Of a stretch of DNA of 64,000 nucleotides, positions 22,461 to 34,580 are shown piece by piece. The notes below the pieces were generated by a model. The model did no database searches, was not told the DNA's origin, and saw nothing but the letters and a program-made list of their open reading frames with translations. Source of the DNA: Squalus acanthias. Taxonomy: Eukaryota. Position numbers and translations under genes: made by a program. Location: NCBI GenBank assembly GCA_030390025.1, contig CM059431.1:118112001-118176000 (forward strand), given 5' to 3'. Numbering within the stretch: the first letter of the stretch is position 1; every line of letters begins with the position of its first letter.

Positions 22461-22820
22461 GCTTGGCAGCAAAATGGATTACAGGTCTCTCCAGGCTGAG
22501 ATTCAAGGCTGCAATGAGCAGGGTGTGGCTGGGGAGCAAGTGGCCCCCCCCGCTTTAAGAAGTGTCCGGCGCCAGTGTGTCTGTGTTCCATCGCTAACTG
22601 GCAGCAGCTGCGCTGCGCTCATGCGCTGAGTTAGCGCCTCACTCCTAGGCCTTTGCGCCTTAAGAGAGGTGTGCAGCGCCTAATTTAGCGCTCCACTCAC
22701 CTCCCGGGGCGGTAAAAGTGAAGTTTCCTGTCAGTGCCGATAATTAGCGCCAGGCGCTAATATTTGCGCGCGGACGATATTTGCGCCCCAAATGGGGCGC
22801 GACCTAATTTCTACCCCGAG

Positions 22821-24675
22821 AAGTCGCACAACACCAGGTTATAGTCCAACAGATTTATTTAATTTTACAAGCTTTCGAAGCAGTTCGCTCCTTCGTCAGG
22901 TAAGTTAGCAATGAGAGAATCTCCCAGAATTCACAATTTAAACCCAGACAAAATCTATTCACATTATTCACTACAACAAAGAGCACAGCCAAGACAATGA
23001 GATGTGTCCCAGGGGGTTCAACATGTCAAACCACCTGCTGGCTGCATATCCTGTCAATTTGTGTTTTTGTGTTAGTCTTTTTAAAAAAAAACACCTGGGA
23101 AGACCGGCCATGATGTCAAGTCACGTTCTGTATCGTGACATGAACCCGATATCGCGATTGAGGCCCTCCTCATGAGTGCGGAACTTGGCTATCAGTTTCT
23201 GCTCTATGATTTTGCGCTGTCGTGTATCTCGAAGGCCGCCTTGGAGAACGCTTACCCGCAGATCCGAGGCTGAATGCCCCTGGCTGCTGAAGTGTTCCCC
23301 GACTGGGAGGCAACCCTCTGCCTGGCGATTGTTGCGCGGTGTCCGTTCATACGTTGTCTCAGTGTCTGCATGGTCTCGCCGATGTACCATGCTCTGGAGC
23401 ATCCTTTACTGCAACGTATCAGGTAGACAACGTTGGCCGAGTCACATGAGTATGTACCGTGTACCTGGTGGGTAGTGTCCTCACGTGTAATGATGGTATC
23501 TGTGTCCATGATTTGGCATGTCTTGCAGAGGTTGCCGTGGCAGGGTTGTGTGGTGTCTTGGTTGCTGTTCTCCTGAAAGATGGGTAATCTGCTGCGAACG
23601 ATGGTACTTTTGAGGTTAGGCGGCTGCTTGAAGGCGAGTAGTGGAGGCGTGGGGATGGCCTTAGCAAGGTGTTCGTCGTCATCGATGACATGTTGAAGGC
23701 TGCGAAGAACATGGCGTAGTTTTTCCGCTCCGGGGAAGTACTGGACGACGTAGGGTACTCTGTTGGTTGTGTCCCGTGTTCGTCTTCTGAGGAGGTCTAT
23801 GCGGTTTTTCGCTGTGGCCCGTAGGAACTGTCGATCGACGAGTCGAGCGTCATATCCCGTTCTTATGAGGGCGTCTTTCAGTGTCCGTAGGTGTCCATCG
23901 CGTTCCTCCTCGTCTGAGCAGATCCTGTGTATTCGCAGGGCTTGTCCATAGGGGATGGCTTCTTTAACGTGGTTAGGGTGGAAGCTGGAGAAGTGGAGCA
24001 TCGTGAGGTTGTCCGTGGGCTTGCGGTAGAGTGAAGTGCTGAGGCGTCCGTCTTTGATGGAGATTCGTGTGTCCAAGAATGAAACCGATTCTGAGGAGTA
24101 GTCCATGGTGAGTTTGATGGTGGGATGGAACCTGTTGATGCTATCGTGTAGTCCTTTCAGTGATCCTTCGCCGTGGGTCCAAAGGAAGAAGATGTCGTCG
24201 ATGTATCTGGTGTACAGCGTTGGTTGGAGGTCCTGTGCAGCGAAGAAGTCTTGCTCGAACTTGTGCATGAAGATGTTGGCGTATTGGGGTGCGAATTTGG
24301 TCCCCATGGCTGTTCCGTGTGTTTGGGTGAAAAAATGGTTGTCGAAGGTGAAGACATTGTGGTCAAGGATGAAGCGGATGAGTTGTAGGATGGCGTCCGG
24401 AGATTGGCTGTTGTTGGTGTTGAGTACTGAGGCTGTCGCAGCGATGCCGTCATTGTGGGGGATATTGGTGTAGAGTGCCGATACGTCCATTGTGACGAGG
24501 AGTGTTCCTGGTTCAACTGGTCCATGGGTGCTGAGTTTCTGCAAGAAGTCTGTAGTGTCGCGACAGAAGCTGGGGGTTCCCTGTACGATGGGTTTCAGGA
24601 TGCCCTCGACGTACCCAGAGAGGTTCTCACACAGGGTTCCGTTGCCTGATACGATAGGACGTCCGGATAGGACGT
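22821..24675 (-). mobile_element. 5'-truncated Penelope-like retroelement (RT + GIY-YIG)
   Basis: RT/EN ORF, 3' repeat with hammerhead; 15-bp TSD CCAAATTTAAATCTG at 18370-18384 and 24676-24690 brackets Harbinger plus Penelope. Confidence 0.92.
22865..22903 (-). ncRNA. Minimal hammerhead ribozyme
   Basis: Reverse complement TTAC-CTGACGA-A-GGAGC-gaact-GCTTC-GAAA-GC-TT-GTAA (one G-U in stem II). Confidence 0.78.
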
Positions 24676-24679
24676 CCAA
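23121..24679 (-). pseudogene. Penelope RT and GIY-YIG endonuclease, N-terminally truncated, one frameshift near 23320
   Basis: MDVSALYTNI, GTAMG, RYIDDIF, LYRKPT; Cys linker PCHGNLCKTCQ; VVYLIRC...WYIGET; C-terminus continues in ORF 23121-23402. Confidence 0.92.
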
Positions 24680-25039
24680 ATTTAAATCTGTGGGATGAAG
24701 CCGCTACCCATCGAGCTGTCAATCACTGAGGACCCCAGCCAATCAAGGGCTCTGCAATCTTCTTGAAGCATTCAGAAATAGCTGTCAATCAAAATCACTA
24801 CTTCTCGGACTCGGGCCTACAGTTTGATGTGTGGCCAGAGGATTTCCAGAGGTCAGACTGGCTAGATGCCAAGCTGTGTGAATTGAATAGAACTACACTT
24901 TAAAGAATAAGTTGTCACAATCATCTTCTTTCGCATGTTAAGTTGTCAGAATGGCAGTTCTGAGGAACAATGTAACCGCTTCTGACAATAGCACAAGTTG
25001 CTTGGAATTGTAAATAACAATTCTCCTGAATAATTAAAA

Positions 25040-25480
25040 GAAAGACTAAACTTACATTTAAACAGCGGCTACGCATCCACAGGCGGTCCTAAAGTATGGC
25101 ACAATCAATGATTTATTTTGAAGTATAGTCGCTGTTGTTATGCAGGAAAATACAACAGTCAAACTTGCACACAACAATGTCCTACAAACAGCACTGAAAT
25201 AAGTGACCAGTTAATCTGTTTTGGTGGTGTTGATTGTAAGAGGAATGCTAGCCATGCACTATGAGAACTCTCTGTTCTTCACCAAATAGTGTCTTAGGAT
25301 CTTTTCCATCCACCTGAATAGGCAGACAAGGCCTGATCTGAAAGACAGCACCTCCAACAATGCAACACTCCCTCACTACTGCACTGAAATGTCAGATAGA
25401 ATTTGTGCCAAGTTTTGGAGTGGGGTTTGAAGTTATTACTTTCTGACTCAGAGATGAGAATACTACCACTCAGCCAAGAT
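25040..25480 (-). mobile_element. Near full-length Deu-domain SINE (tRNA-like head), diverged
   Basis: Minus strand starts CTTGGCTGAGTGGTAG...TCTGAGTCAGAA, has Deu-like GAGGGAGTGTTGCATTGTTGGAGGTGCTGTCTTTC, and a tail matching 7794-7965. Confidence 0.75.
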
Positions 25481-25673
25481 GACACTTCAAACCGCTAGTG
25501 TGTGGGCCAAAAGATATTTATTCCTTTCCAGAAAAACGTTTCAATCTGAGCTGCCACCTTCTACGAACAGAGATACTTTGTGTGACCTTGGGCATTAACC
25601 CCCTACATGCTGATTCTAGCCATACAAAAATACAAGTTACGGAAGAAAAAAATAAATACTGGCAAAACTCATT

Positions 25674-26110
25674 GGCCCTGAATTTGCGGTTGGAGGCTTC
25701 CCGCAGGGAAATGCCTCTGATCCGCAAATAAAATGCCTGCATACCTGGTGGTCCGGGAGGTACGGAGACTCGCGGTCCCGGGCCTCTCCGGTTACCCGCA
25801 GGTAGAGGCCCACGTATCCCAGGGGCGCACGCAGTTCGCAAACGCCCCTGGGATCCTGTGGGCCGGCCCAACGAATGACAGAAGGGAATCCCCATTCATG
25901 CTTATGGGGATTCTGTATGTACAGAAACCCCATAAGCATGAATGGGAATACCCCCAAAAGTACCTCTACACTTCAAATAAATAAAAAAATTACATATTTA
26001 AAATTAATTAAAATGCCATTTAATTAAATATTTAAAACAAAAATTTAATTTTTTGAAAAATAAATTTAAATGTTTTAAAGGGGCTAAGAATAACCTTACC
26101 TTGGGGAAGC
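25674..26110. mobile_element. Partial MITE related to 53701-54436
   Basis: Left end GGCCCTGAATTT; shares GGAGGCTTCC, TATCCCAGGGG...CCCTGGGATC, long hairpin and AT-rich core. Confidence 0.65.
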
Positions 26111-26228
26111 GCTCAGTCCAAGCAGGGAGAGGGTCTTTCAAGGAGGTCCCACAGTTAAGAGATAGAAGCTGCAGCACCTCCGACTTCGGTAGGCCTGCTA
26201 AAAGTGCTGAAAGACCTTTGGAACTATG

Positions 26229-27457
26229 GGGGCGATTTTGTTAATGGGGGCGCGTTAGAGGCTGGACTGCTGCTTGGCGGGTCGATGTCCCGCCTCCATC
26301 GATTTGTTGCCAACCCACGCTATTTTCCCTTGATTGACCTTGTGAAGCCCACCCAGTGGGCTTAGCAGGCCAATTAAGGGAAAGCCGGTTGCAGAGAAAG
26401 TCAACGTATGATGTTTCATCTGTCACAAATTTTTGACAGATGAATTATCATCGTTTGACAGCTCTGTGAAGCTGTCAAACACTGACATTCTCTGTAGTTT
26501 GATGAGGTCTTGAATTCAAGACCTCATCAAACTTCTTTCTTTTACAGAAATGAGATGGTTGTTGCATCTGAGAATGCAACGGCCATCTGTCATCTCCAAC
26601 ACGGAGGTCCGAGACTCTCCGCATACACACCGACTGAAGCCTGCAGGAAGAAACAAAGGTAAGTATACTTTCACTAACACTTTGCACTTACCTCAGATAC
26701 TCACCTCTCCACTCTTGCACCCATCACTTACCTTCACAGCACACTTTTGCAGCCCCCCCGACCCCAGCAGATCCAGTACTCGCTGAGCTGAGCTAGCGGG
26801 TTTTGGAGCCTTCGGGCAGCCCGCACTTGTGAGAGCAAAAAGGGGATAATCCTATTTTCTGCCTGTTAACTACCTGTTAACAGGCAGTTAATAGGCTTTA
26901 ATCCCTTCTCGCCTCCAAGGAGACGGGATCCGGCGCGGGACGGCTACCTGCCCCCTGGGAAGATGGCATGGAGGCGGGTTGGGGGCGGGTTCGGCACCCG
27001 CCCCCAAATTCTGCCATTTTCCCAGCAGTCCCGCCTCCATACCCACCTCCCCAGGGGTGGCAAAATCGCCTCCAAAAGTTCTGTCGCCTGTAAATGCTTC
27101 CTGATGAAAGCTCTGTTTTAATGGTGGAGCTGCGGCTGTGAGGAGGCCACCCACTTGTCAACCCGCCAGGATTAGCTGGCATGGTTTAGGAGGGTCGTGC
27201 AACACGCTGAAAATGTGATAAAATAACAAAGGCCTGTCAAAATAGGATTATAGAGGCCCTTAACTACCACTTAAGGGTCTTAACTACCTCCCCCGACTGA
27301 TGGAGGCGGGACCGAATCCCACCCATCAAACCCACCTCCGGCAAAATTAAGCAGAGGCGGGTTGGAGGCGGGTTCCGGACCCGCCCTCAGATTTTGCCAT
27401 TTTGCCAACTGTCCCGCCTCCAAACCCACCTTCTCAGGGCTGGGAAAATCACCCCCC
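26229..27457. mobile_element. Non-autonomous Harbinger-like element
   Basis: TIR-like GGGGCGATTTT / AAAATCACCCC; TSD ATG; repeated GGAGGCGGG(TT) subterminal motifs. Confidence 0.7.
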
Positions 27458-29030
27458 ATGAGATGACAATATCATGATGTGCAATGGTACTGTTATTTAT
27501 GTGTAACTATTGGCATGAATTTGACAACTAGGGCTGGTAAACAGCATCTTGGTCTGTATGTATAAAATGTGTGGTCAGATTACACTAGGAACACACATTG
27601 ACCAGTCTGGCTTCCCTTGAAACACCATTGTATGTGTATGACAAGTGATGCAGTGTGCATATGCATAAATGGTGCTCCAAGTTTCAGAGATAGCCAAGGC
27701 AGCATTATTTAATAGTCTTCATTTTAATTGCACAATTTATAAATCTATTCACTTCTTTTATCCATCCATAACTGTCCTTCTGTCTCAAAATCATTAGGAA
27801 GCAGTGATGTCCTACAAGTCTATCTCTTCTCTAGCACTTGTCTGAGGCAGATTTCCAACTGTCTGATTGTACTATGAGTACTTTTATTAATAAGTACGCC
27901 AAACTGATTTTTCTGTTATAATTTAATAGATTTTTTTTCATGAGCAGTGAGCTGCTTGTGGTAATAACAATATATTTTTAATTATCTCCCTTCTTTGTAA
28001 CTTACTTTGATGTACCATGACCTCTGCGTGAATGGATCTTGATTATGATTCCATGTTTTACAGAGGAGCGATATAAAATTCTCTATAGCATAAGCCTAGA
28101 GATGACTACTTGAGGTATCAGCAGTCGGCTGCTTAACATATTGCTGTGACATTTCCCCGCTGCTTCTTCAGCAGAGGCATTAGCCCTTTTAAAATAAACC
28201 AGGCGGTGGCTCTGCTAAGGCAGCAGGTAAACCAATGCCACATCCCAATATCGCAAACAGTAATTTCTGGGCTATGGTCTTCTGTGATTCATGAATGCGG
28301 CCTGACAGAGACGATCTTCTGTACTGTTTGAAATAAAGAGAAATCAATTATCTTAGGATGTTCGGGGTAGTTTCCTGAAATCGAGCTCCCGTCAGGATGA
28401 CAAATTAGTCAGGAGCCAATATAAGGAATTTGAGCATGCCAGCCCCACCCCCTCCCAAGATATTCTGCTGATTAACTGAATGGATGGAATTTTGTGCGGT
28501 CAATGCATCCGAATTTCCGATATATGCTTCTGACTGGCAAGGATCCATGCCAGGAGCGCAGTTTTGTAAAATTACCCCATTAAGTATTTGGCTGCTTTAC
28601 AACAATCTTTTCATGCAATAAAGTTAGGCTCTTAACAGTTTCAAAATTTACACACTTGTACAAAGCTAATCCAAAATGTATCTTTGTTTTGAGTCTCTTC
28701 CTCCATAAAAAAAAGTTTGACTAATTCAAGTAAGACCCACTTGCCAAACAGTGATTTTTTTTTCTCCCTGTGATTTTCTTCCTTTACCTGCCTTGAAGGT
28801 AACTCATGCCATGTTTTATGGAGTGGTGACATGCAGGCTACATCTCCGGCTCTGCTAGTTCCTAATCTTAACTGTGTCACTTTGTGAAATTACCAAGCAG
28901 AGACCAACTTCTTCCCCACAGCCAATAAAGATTGTGAAAAGAGTCATCCCTGAGCTGTTGGTTTGTCCCAACCATCAAACAGTTAAGAGCAGTATTGGGA
29001 GCAGGTCATCCACTGACATTTGGGCATAAT

Positions 29031-29610
29031 GGGGTCTAAATTTAACATCGTTTTATGGGCCTAAAATGGGCGCACAATAACTAATTTAGCAGGGCTGAGG
29101 CCCACACCCAATCCGTGTGGGCATTCGGGCCACTGCTAAAATACTTGGGGCCTTTATTTAGTCGTCCCTCACACAGGCCTCATTTCGATATTAAAATGAG
29201 GCTCCAGCGCTCATTTCAGATCCAGATTGGTAAACTGGTTTAGCCCAGTCAGAGCTTGTGATGCGCAACCTTCAACTAACATTTCCTTAAAAGGACTGCT
29301 GGAGGTCATTCAAAACAGGTCCAAAAACTTTGAACATTTTTGTATTTTGCGAATTGGCAGGAGCAGGAGGGCTCCTCCTGGCTCCCCAAAACAGCTGTGG
29401 GCTTCTGCCGGCCTGCCCTCGCTCCCCCCTCCTGATGGTGCCCACTCTGGACATAACTCTGGGCCTCAGTACGGGGCAAAAATTGCAAGACTCCGACATG
29501 ATTTATTCTGCTGTGTCTCAAATTTATAATCCCAAATCTGCATTCAGGAGTGACATCACTCTGCGCCACCAGAATCGTGCCCGGTTTGGGTCGCTAAGGA
29601 ATTTAGGCCC
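29031..29610. mobile_element. Harbinger-like MITE
   Basis: TIR-like GGGTCTAAATT / AATTTAGGCCC; TSD AAT. Confidence 0.65.
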
Positions 29611-30524
29611 AATTAGATGTGCAAAAGGTAAAAAGAAGAGCAAGAAGTTTACCCTTAAGAAAATGCTCAGAATATTTCCACTTACTTGCTTTGAGTTTGC
29701 TGATTGTTGAGTAGCTTATTATTGTTATTATTATTATTATTGCATGTTCTGAGTTGTTTGTCATTTAAGGCTCTTCATTGCAGAAAAGCATTTGATTGAA
29801 AATGTGACAAGCTTGAAGGAAAAAGACAAAAGTCAATGGAGACTGCAGGATGGGAGGAAGAAATATTGGATCTGTTTCTTCAGATGTGTGTTGGTTCCAG
29901 TCAGTTGGCATGTGATGTGACTGCAATGAATTGCAGAGCTAGAATACGATCACTTTAAAAACGTTAAGGCTGTGAGTTACTGCCACCTTTTGTTTTCTTT
30001 GATGAATCTAGTAGATCTTGAGATCAGATGTGAAGTTGAACTATGCCACTGTCAGACTTAGTTAATAATCTAATAGTAAAGGAACATTTATCCAACAGTG
30101 ATCATAATATGATCAACTTCAATGTTAGGTTTGTAAAGAAGGAACAGTTACTGAGGGCTGGATTTTACCAACCTCGGCGGATTCGTGGCGGGCGACGTTG
30201 GTGGCGGGTCCCGGCTGCGCTGCCGGCTCCAGCCCGCTGTCTGAAATGATTTTCCCCTGATTGGGCTTGTTAAGCCCGCCCAGCGTGTTCGCCGGCCAAT
30301 TGAAGGAAGCGGGTCTGATGACATCATTTGATGACACGTCATCAGCTGGTTTCCTTAAAGGGACCATGAGAAAATTTACTTTGACATTTGTGCTGCCAGT
30401 GTTCTACAGCATAGAGGTGCTGCAAACACTGACAAGCACTGCACAGAGGTGTACGGCTGCAGCAATGCTCTCCCATATGGAAGAGTCACAGCACGCAGGG
30501 AGGTTCTCTTCCCTTCCAATGGGT

Positions 30525-30791
30525 TGGACCCCCTGTGGCCCCACCTCATTGTCTTAGCTGTACTCTGCTGTGTCTTTGATGTAATGCCTCCCTAACGGGT
30601 TGTATCTCTGCAGACACATTGTTCTCTGTCTATATATACTTTGTAACCGATTTGTATTCCCTCACTGTACCTGACGAAGGAGCAGAGCTCCGAAAGCTCG
30701 TAATTTCAAATAAAACTGTTGGACTATAACCTGGTGTTGTGCGACTTCTCATTTTTGTCCATCCCAGTCCAACACCGGCATCTCCGCATCA
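30525..30791 (+). mobile_element. Penelope pLTR fragment
   Basis: Matches 18151-18317; TSD CTTCCAATGGGT (30513-30524, 30792-30803). Confidence 0.85.
30668..30702 (+). ncRNA. Minimal hammerhead ribozyme
   Basis: TAC-CTGACGA-A-GGAGC-aga-GCTCC-GAAA-GC-TC-GTA. Confidence 0.75.
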
Positions 30792-33580
30792 CTTCCAATG
30801 GGTGGAAGAGACCTCCCCAGCAAACCAACGCAGCCTGGTTGCGCATTGCACAGGAGGGCACAAGCAGGGATGTCATCAGGAGGACCAGGCTGCAGTGGCG
30901 CAAACCTTTCAATGATCTCAGTAGATCACGAAACATTACTGCAAAGCCACACTCAACCTCATCCTGCTGTGCCACTCATCACATCACCATCACTCTGCCT
31001 TCCCTACCCTACTCCTGCACATCCTTACTCACACCAACTTACCTTGCACCTCCACCTATCCCTCTCTATCTACATTATCACTTCCCCATCTCACTAGCCA
31101 CCCCTCACACTCACCCTCATCCTAGTCCAATCATACCAACTAACACACAAGAGTAGGCACTTGTGTGTTTTAGCCAATGTTCATGTGAAGTTTCTGTTAA
31201 TGTGCTGTCAAACATTGAAAACTTTATTTTGAACACTTTGCATTCTTGGAGAGATCAGTGAGCACCTTTGGAAGTGGCTTAGTGAGTTGCAGTGAATGGT
31301 GAGACATAATGGTACCCCCCGCTATGGTCATGAGTGTTAAAGGAATGGCTTGGGCATTGTAGGGATGCTTTATGATGTTGTTGTGAGGTGGTGCCAACCT
31401 GGCATATTATGTGGCAGCCAGGGTGTACAGCATCAAGTAAAGTCAATCTGGCCTTGGTGCGGCCATCCCTGGCGTTCTGGGCAGCAATGTGGTCGGGTGC
31501 TGATGCCCTGTGTCCTGTGCAGCATCAGGTGATTGCAGAGAAGGTTGGTGTTGCTATTGGTGCTGCTGGTGTTGTGGCTGATCGTGGTAGGATTCTGAGG
31601 ACCAAGGTGAGATAGTTTCAAGGGCACCGATGCTGATGTAATAGATGGCAGGTGAATTTGAAGTGACAGAAGCGATCTGCTCAGCGTTGACAGACCTGAC
31701 ATTTGGGAAAGGCCCGTGCAAATATTATTTAAGAAAGGTGAGAGAGAGAGAAACCAGGAAATTATAGACCTGTTAATCTAACATCTGTTGTGGGGAAGTT
31801 ATTGGAATCTATAATTAAGGACAAAGAGACTGAGGCCTAGAAATTCGAGTAGGCTGGAAACTGGTTGGTGCCACCACGGGTTGAAGTTAACGACAGCCCA
31901 CAAAAAGAGCGCAGGCGGTATTTTGCTGCTGCCTGCTGATTTACATTAGCACAGCGTAAATCCTGCAGTGTAACGTACTGTTTCGGGCAGTAGTCTCAGC
32001 AGGAGGCCCAATGCAGCGTCCCTGGAGCGAGGCAATGTTCTCTTAAAGCTCACCTGTCATTCTAGAAAGCACTGCCGATCCCATAAAGAGGAACTGCCTT
32101 CTAAAATGAAAAAAGTAAAAATCATTTAAAAATAGGCAGTCTTTATCCCTTAGAGCTCAACTGCCTTCTGAATAAATAATAAACAGTAAAAATAATTCCA
32201 AAATTGCAGTCTTCAGCTCTTAAAGCTGAACTGCCTTCCGCACGTAAAAAAATGATGAAAGTGCCTCAGCACTATCACTAATGGCTCAACAAGCTAGGGA
32301 AGGGGCACCCAGGGTCTCGCACACAGCACTCCAGCTTTGTGCAGGGGGATCAACACTGCAAGAGAGGTCCTCTACCCACAGGGGCCAGGAGGCCCTCCAG
32401 AAAGAATGATGTGGGATCAGATCACCAAGGCTGTCACTGCCAGTAGTGACGCCCCCACCACCTGGCTCCAGTGCCCAAAGAAGCTTCATGACCTCAGACC
32501 AGTGGTCAAGGTCAGTGAATGCATCTTCAAGAGCCGTCTCCTACCAACTGCGCCATTACCCTCACACACTGCTTATTGTACGATTCGCCCCCCACCACCC
32601 ACCACCCCCCCGCCCAATCACTCACCTACCAACAATCGGTACCAAACACGAGACACACCTCCCATTCCTAGCTTCACCCCACCCTCTTGGAGGAGGCGAT
32701 GCTGGTCATTCTTGGCAGGGGCATGACTGAGCCCTTGGCCAGCGATGGGGCTTGAAAGGATACAAGATGCTGATATCCTCATACATTATTCTCCTTCTCC
32801 CACTTCCCCCTCATCCCACAATTTCTTCTGATTTACAAGGTGCACATGGTGTAAGCATGCAGCCATTGCTTTCCCGCACTCCGCTCACCACAACTCTACC
32901 CTTGTGCCTTCCTCATGTCGCACACCCAAGTAATCCAGCCTGCCCAGCCTGTGGTTGACCAAGAAGAGCGAGAGGAGAGTGTAGAAGAAGAAGACGAGGA
33001 AGAAACACCATCACTCGATTTGACACTCCCAGCCACCAGCTCTTCGAGGTCATCCTGCAAGGCCAGCTGCAGTGGCCCCCACTGAAAGTCAGCAGCCTTC
33101 CACCAGCCATGCTGCAGCCACTGGGGTAGCACTGTGTGTCATCAGTAGGATAGCAAAGGCACACACAGGGCAGTCACTAAGGGAATGCACAACAGTGATG
33201 AGTTGATTTCATGACGACATATTGGATGGATAGATGTATAAAGTTGGATTGGAAAGCTTGCTTTGTGATGGCTTTTATTTCAGCAATGTGGCCAAGAGGA
33301 CACTGTGATGGTCAGTAACAGAGGGAAGGTAAGGTGTGCGGCTAAAGTTGAAAGGGGAATTGGGGTAGTGGTCACTAGTACCACAGGCGGATGTTTTTTT
33401 TCCGGATATCCGGGCAAAGAAAGGGCTGTCTGAGTTGCATCCTTCCTTCTGTTTCCTCCTCTTCTGCTTCCTCCTCTTCTACGTCTTCCTCTTCCCTCTG
33501 TGAGTGGATGCTGTAAATCAGCAATAAAAGCAGAAAATGCTGGAAATACGCAGCAGGTCAGGCAGCAGATCTGAGACGTG

Positions 33581-34390
33581 GGGCTGGATTTTGTCTCGGG
33601 GTCGGGTTGGGGTCATGTTACCCGCATTTCGTGTTGTCCCCCCGACTCCAAATTAATGTGGATGAATGATGAAATTTTCACTTAATTGAGTAATTGAGTT
33701 CCAGCATGTGGGAACCCATGAACCAATTAGTGGTTTCAGTGGGAAAGTCGCCTCTGATGATGTCATCATTGCAGGCTGCCTGGTCTCAGAGATTGCCTGG
33801 CCTTTGCTGTGAGTGGACCTGTATGGCTCTTGCTGTGAGTAGACCTGGATGCAAAATGAGCAGCAGGGGTGAGAGGGTGAGAGGGTGAGAGAGAGAGAGA
33901 GAGAATTTGAATTTGAATTTTTTTCCATCCAGGGCCTCTCACTGCAAGGCCAGGCAGTCTCTGAAGACAATGCAGCAGCATCAGAGGCGACTTTCAGATC
34001 TAATACTACTACTCATCACAATACTACTACTACCTTCATCACATCTCCGTTGAAATAGTGGACCTGCAACTGATAGTCAGCTATCCACTTGTGTTCCCGC
34101 CAGGTTTCACTGGAGTGTTTCACATCAGGCGTACTTCACGTCGGAAAAGGGTTAAACTAGCTAAAATGTTTCAAAATGGCATTACAGAGCCAATTTAGGC
34201 CTTGTTAAGGGCTTTAATGGCCTCTCCCGCCTCTTGGAGGTGGGACGGAGTCGGGAACTCCGTGACTGATTTTGTCAAAATTGCGTGGAGGCGGGATGAA
34301 GTCAGGATGGGGTCGGGACCCCCGACCCCGCAGCTTTAACCCCCCACACGCCTCCAAACCCGACTCCACAGGTCATTGAAAATCCAGCCC
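33581..34390. mobile_element. Harbinger-like MITE
   Basis: Perfect 12-bp TIR GGGCTGGATTTT / AAAATCCAGCCC; flanks GTG/CTG; empty site seen in paralog at ~60216 (AGACGTGAACTCTG). Confidence 0.85.
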
Positions 34391-34580
34391 CTGAACTCTG
34401 TTTCTCTCTCCATGGATGCTGCCTGACTTGCTGAGCATTTCCAGCATTTTATGTCTTCTCAGAGGCCTTCCTTTATGAGCCAAAGCCTTGCAAGCATCCA
34501 GCAGCACTCCCTGCACACTTTAAAAACTTCTAACATCTGTTGCACCAAGCCACTACTTCAATAAAATATAAAAAAGACAG

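Larger units (their letters stand above)
18387..22817. mobile_element. Autonomous PIF/Harbinger DNA transposon (4431 bp), apparently intact
   Basis: TIRs GGGGTAAAAATT / AATTTCTACCCC; TSD GAG (18384-18386, 22818-22820); GC-rich subterminal GCGCC/GCGCTAA repeats; two convergent genes. Confidence 0.95.
30155..31685. mobile_element. Decayed Harbinger derivative with Myb remnants (right end missing)
   Basis: Left TIR GGGCTGGATTTT; WLRIAQE...RRTRLQWRKPFNDL trihelix remnant; colinear with 37944-40668. Confidence 0.7.

Noticed and set aside
28364..28578. Short MITE with GGGGTAGTTT / AAATTACCCC ends
   Set aside because: No matching TSD and no second copy in the window, so support is too weak
29770..29975. 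Possible host exon (TTGCAG acceptor, EEILDLFLQMC peptide, GTGAGT)
   Set aside because: Stops occur in all frames before the donor and no protein similarity extends beyond a few residues
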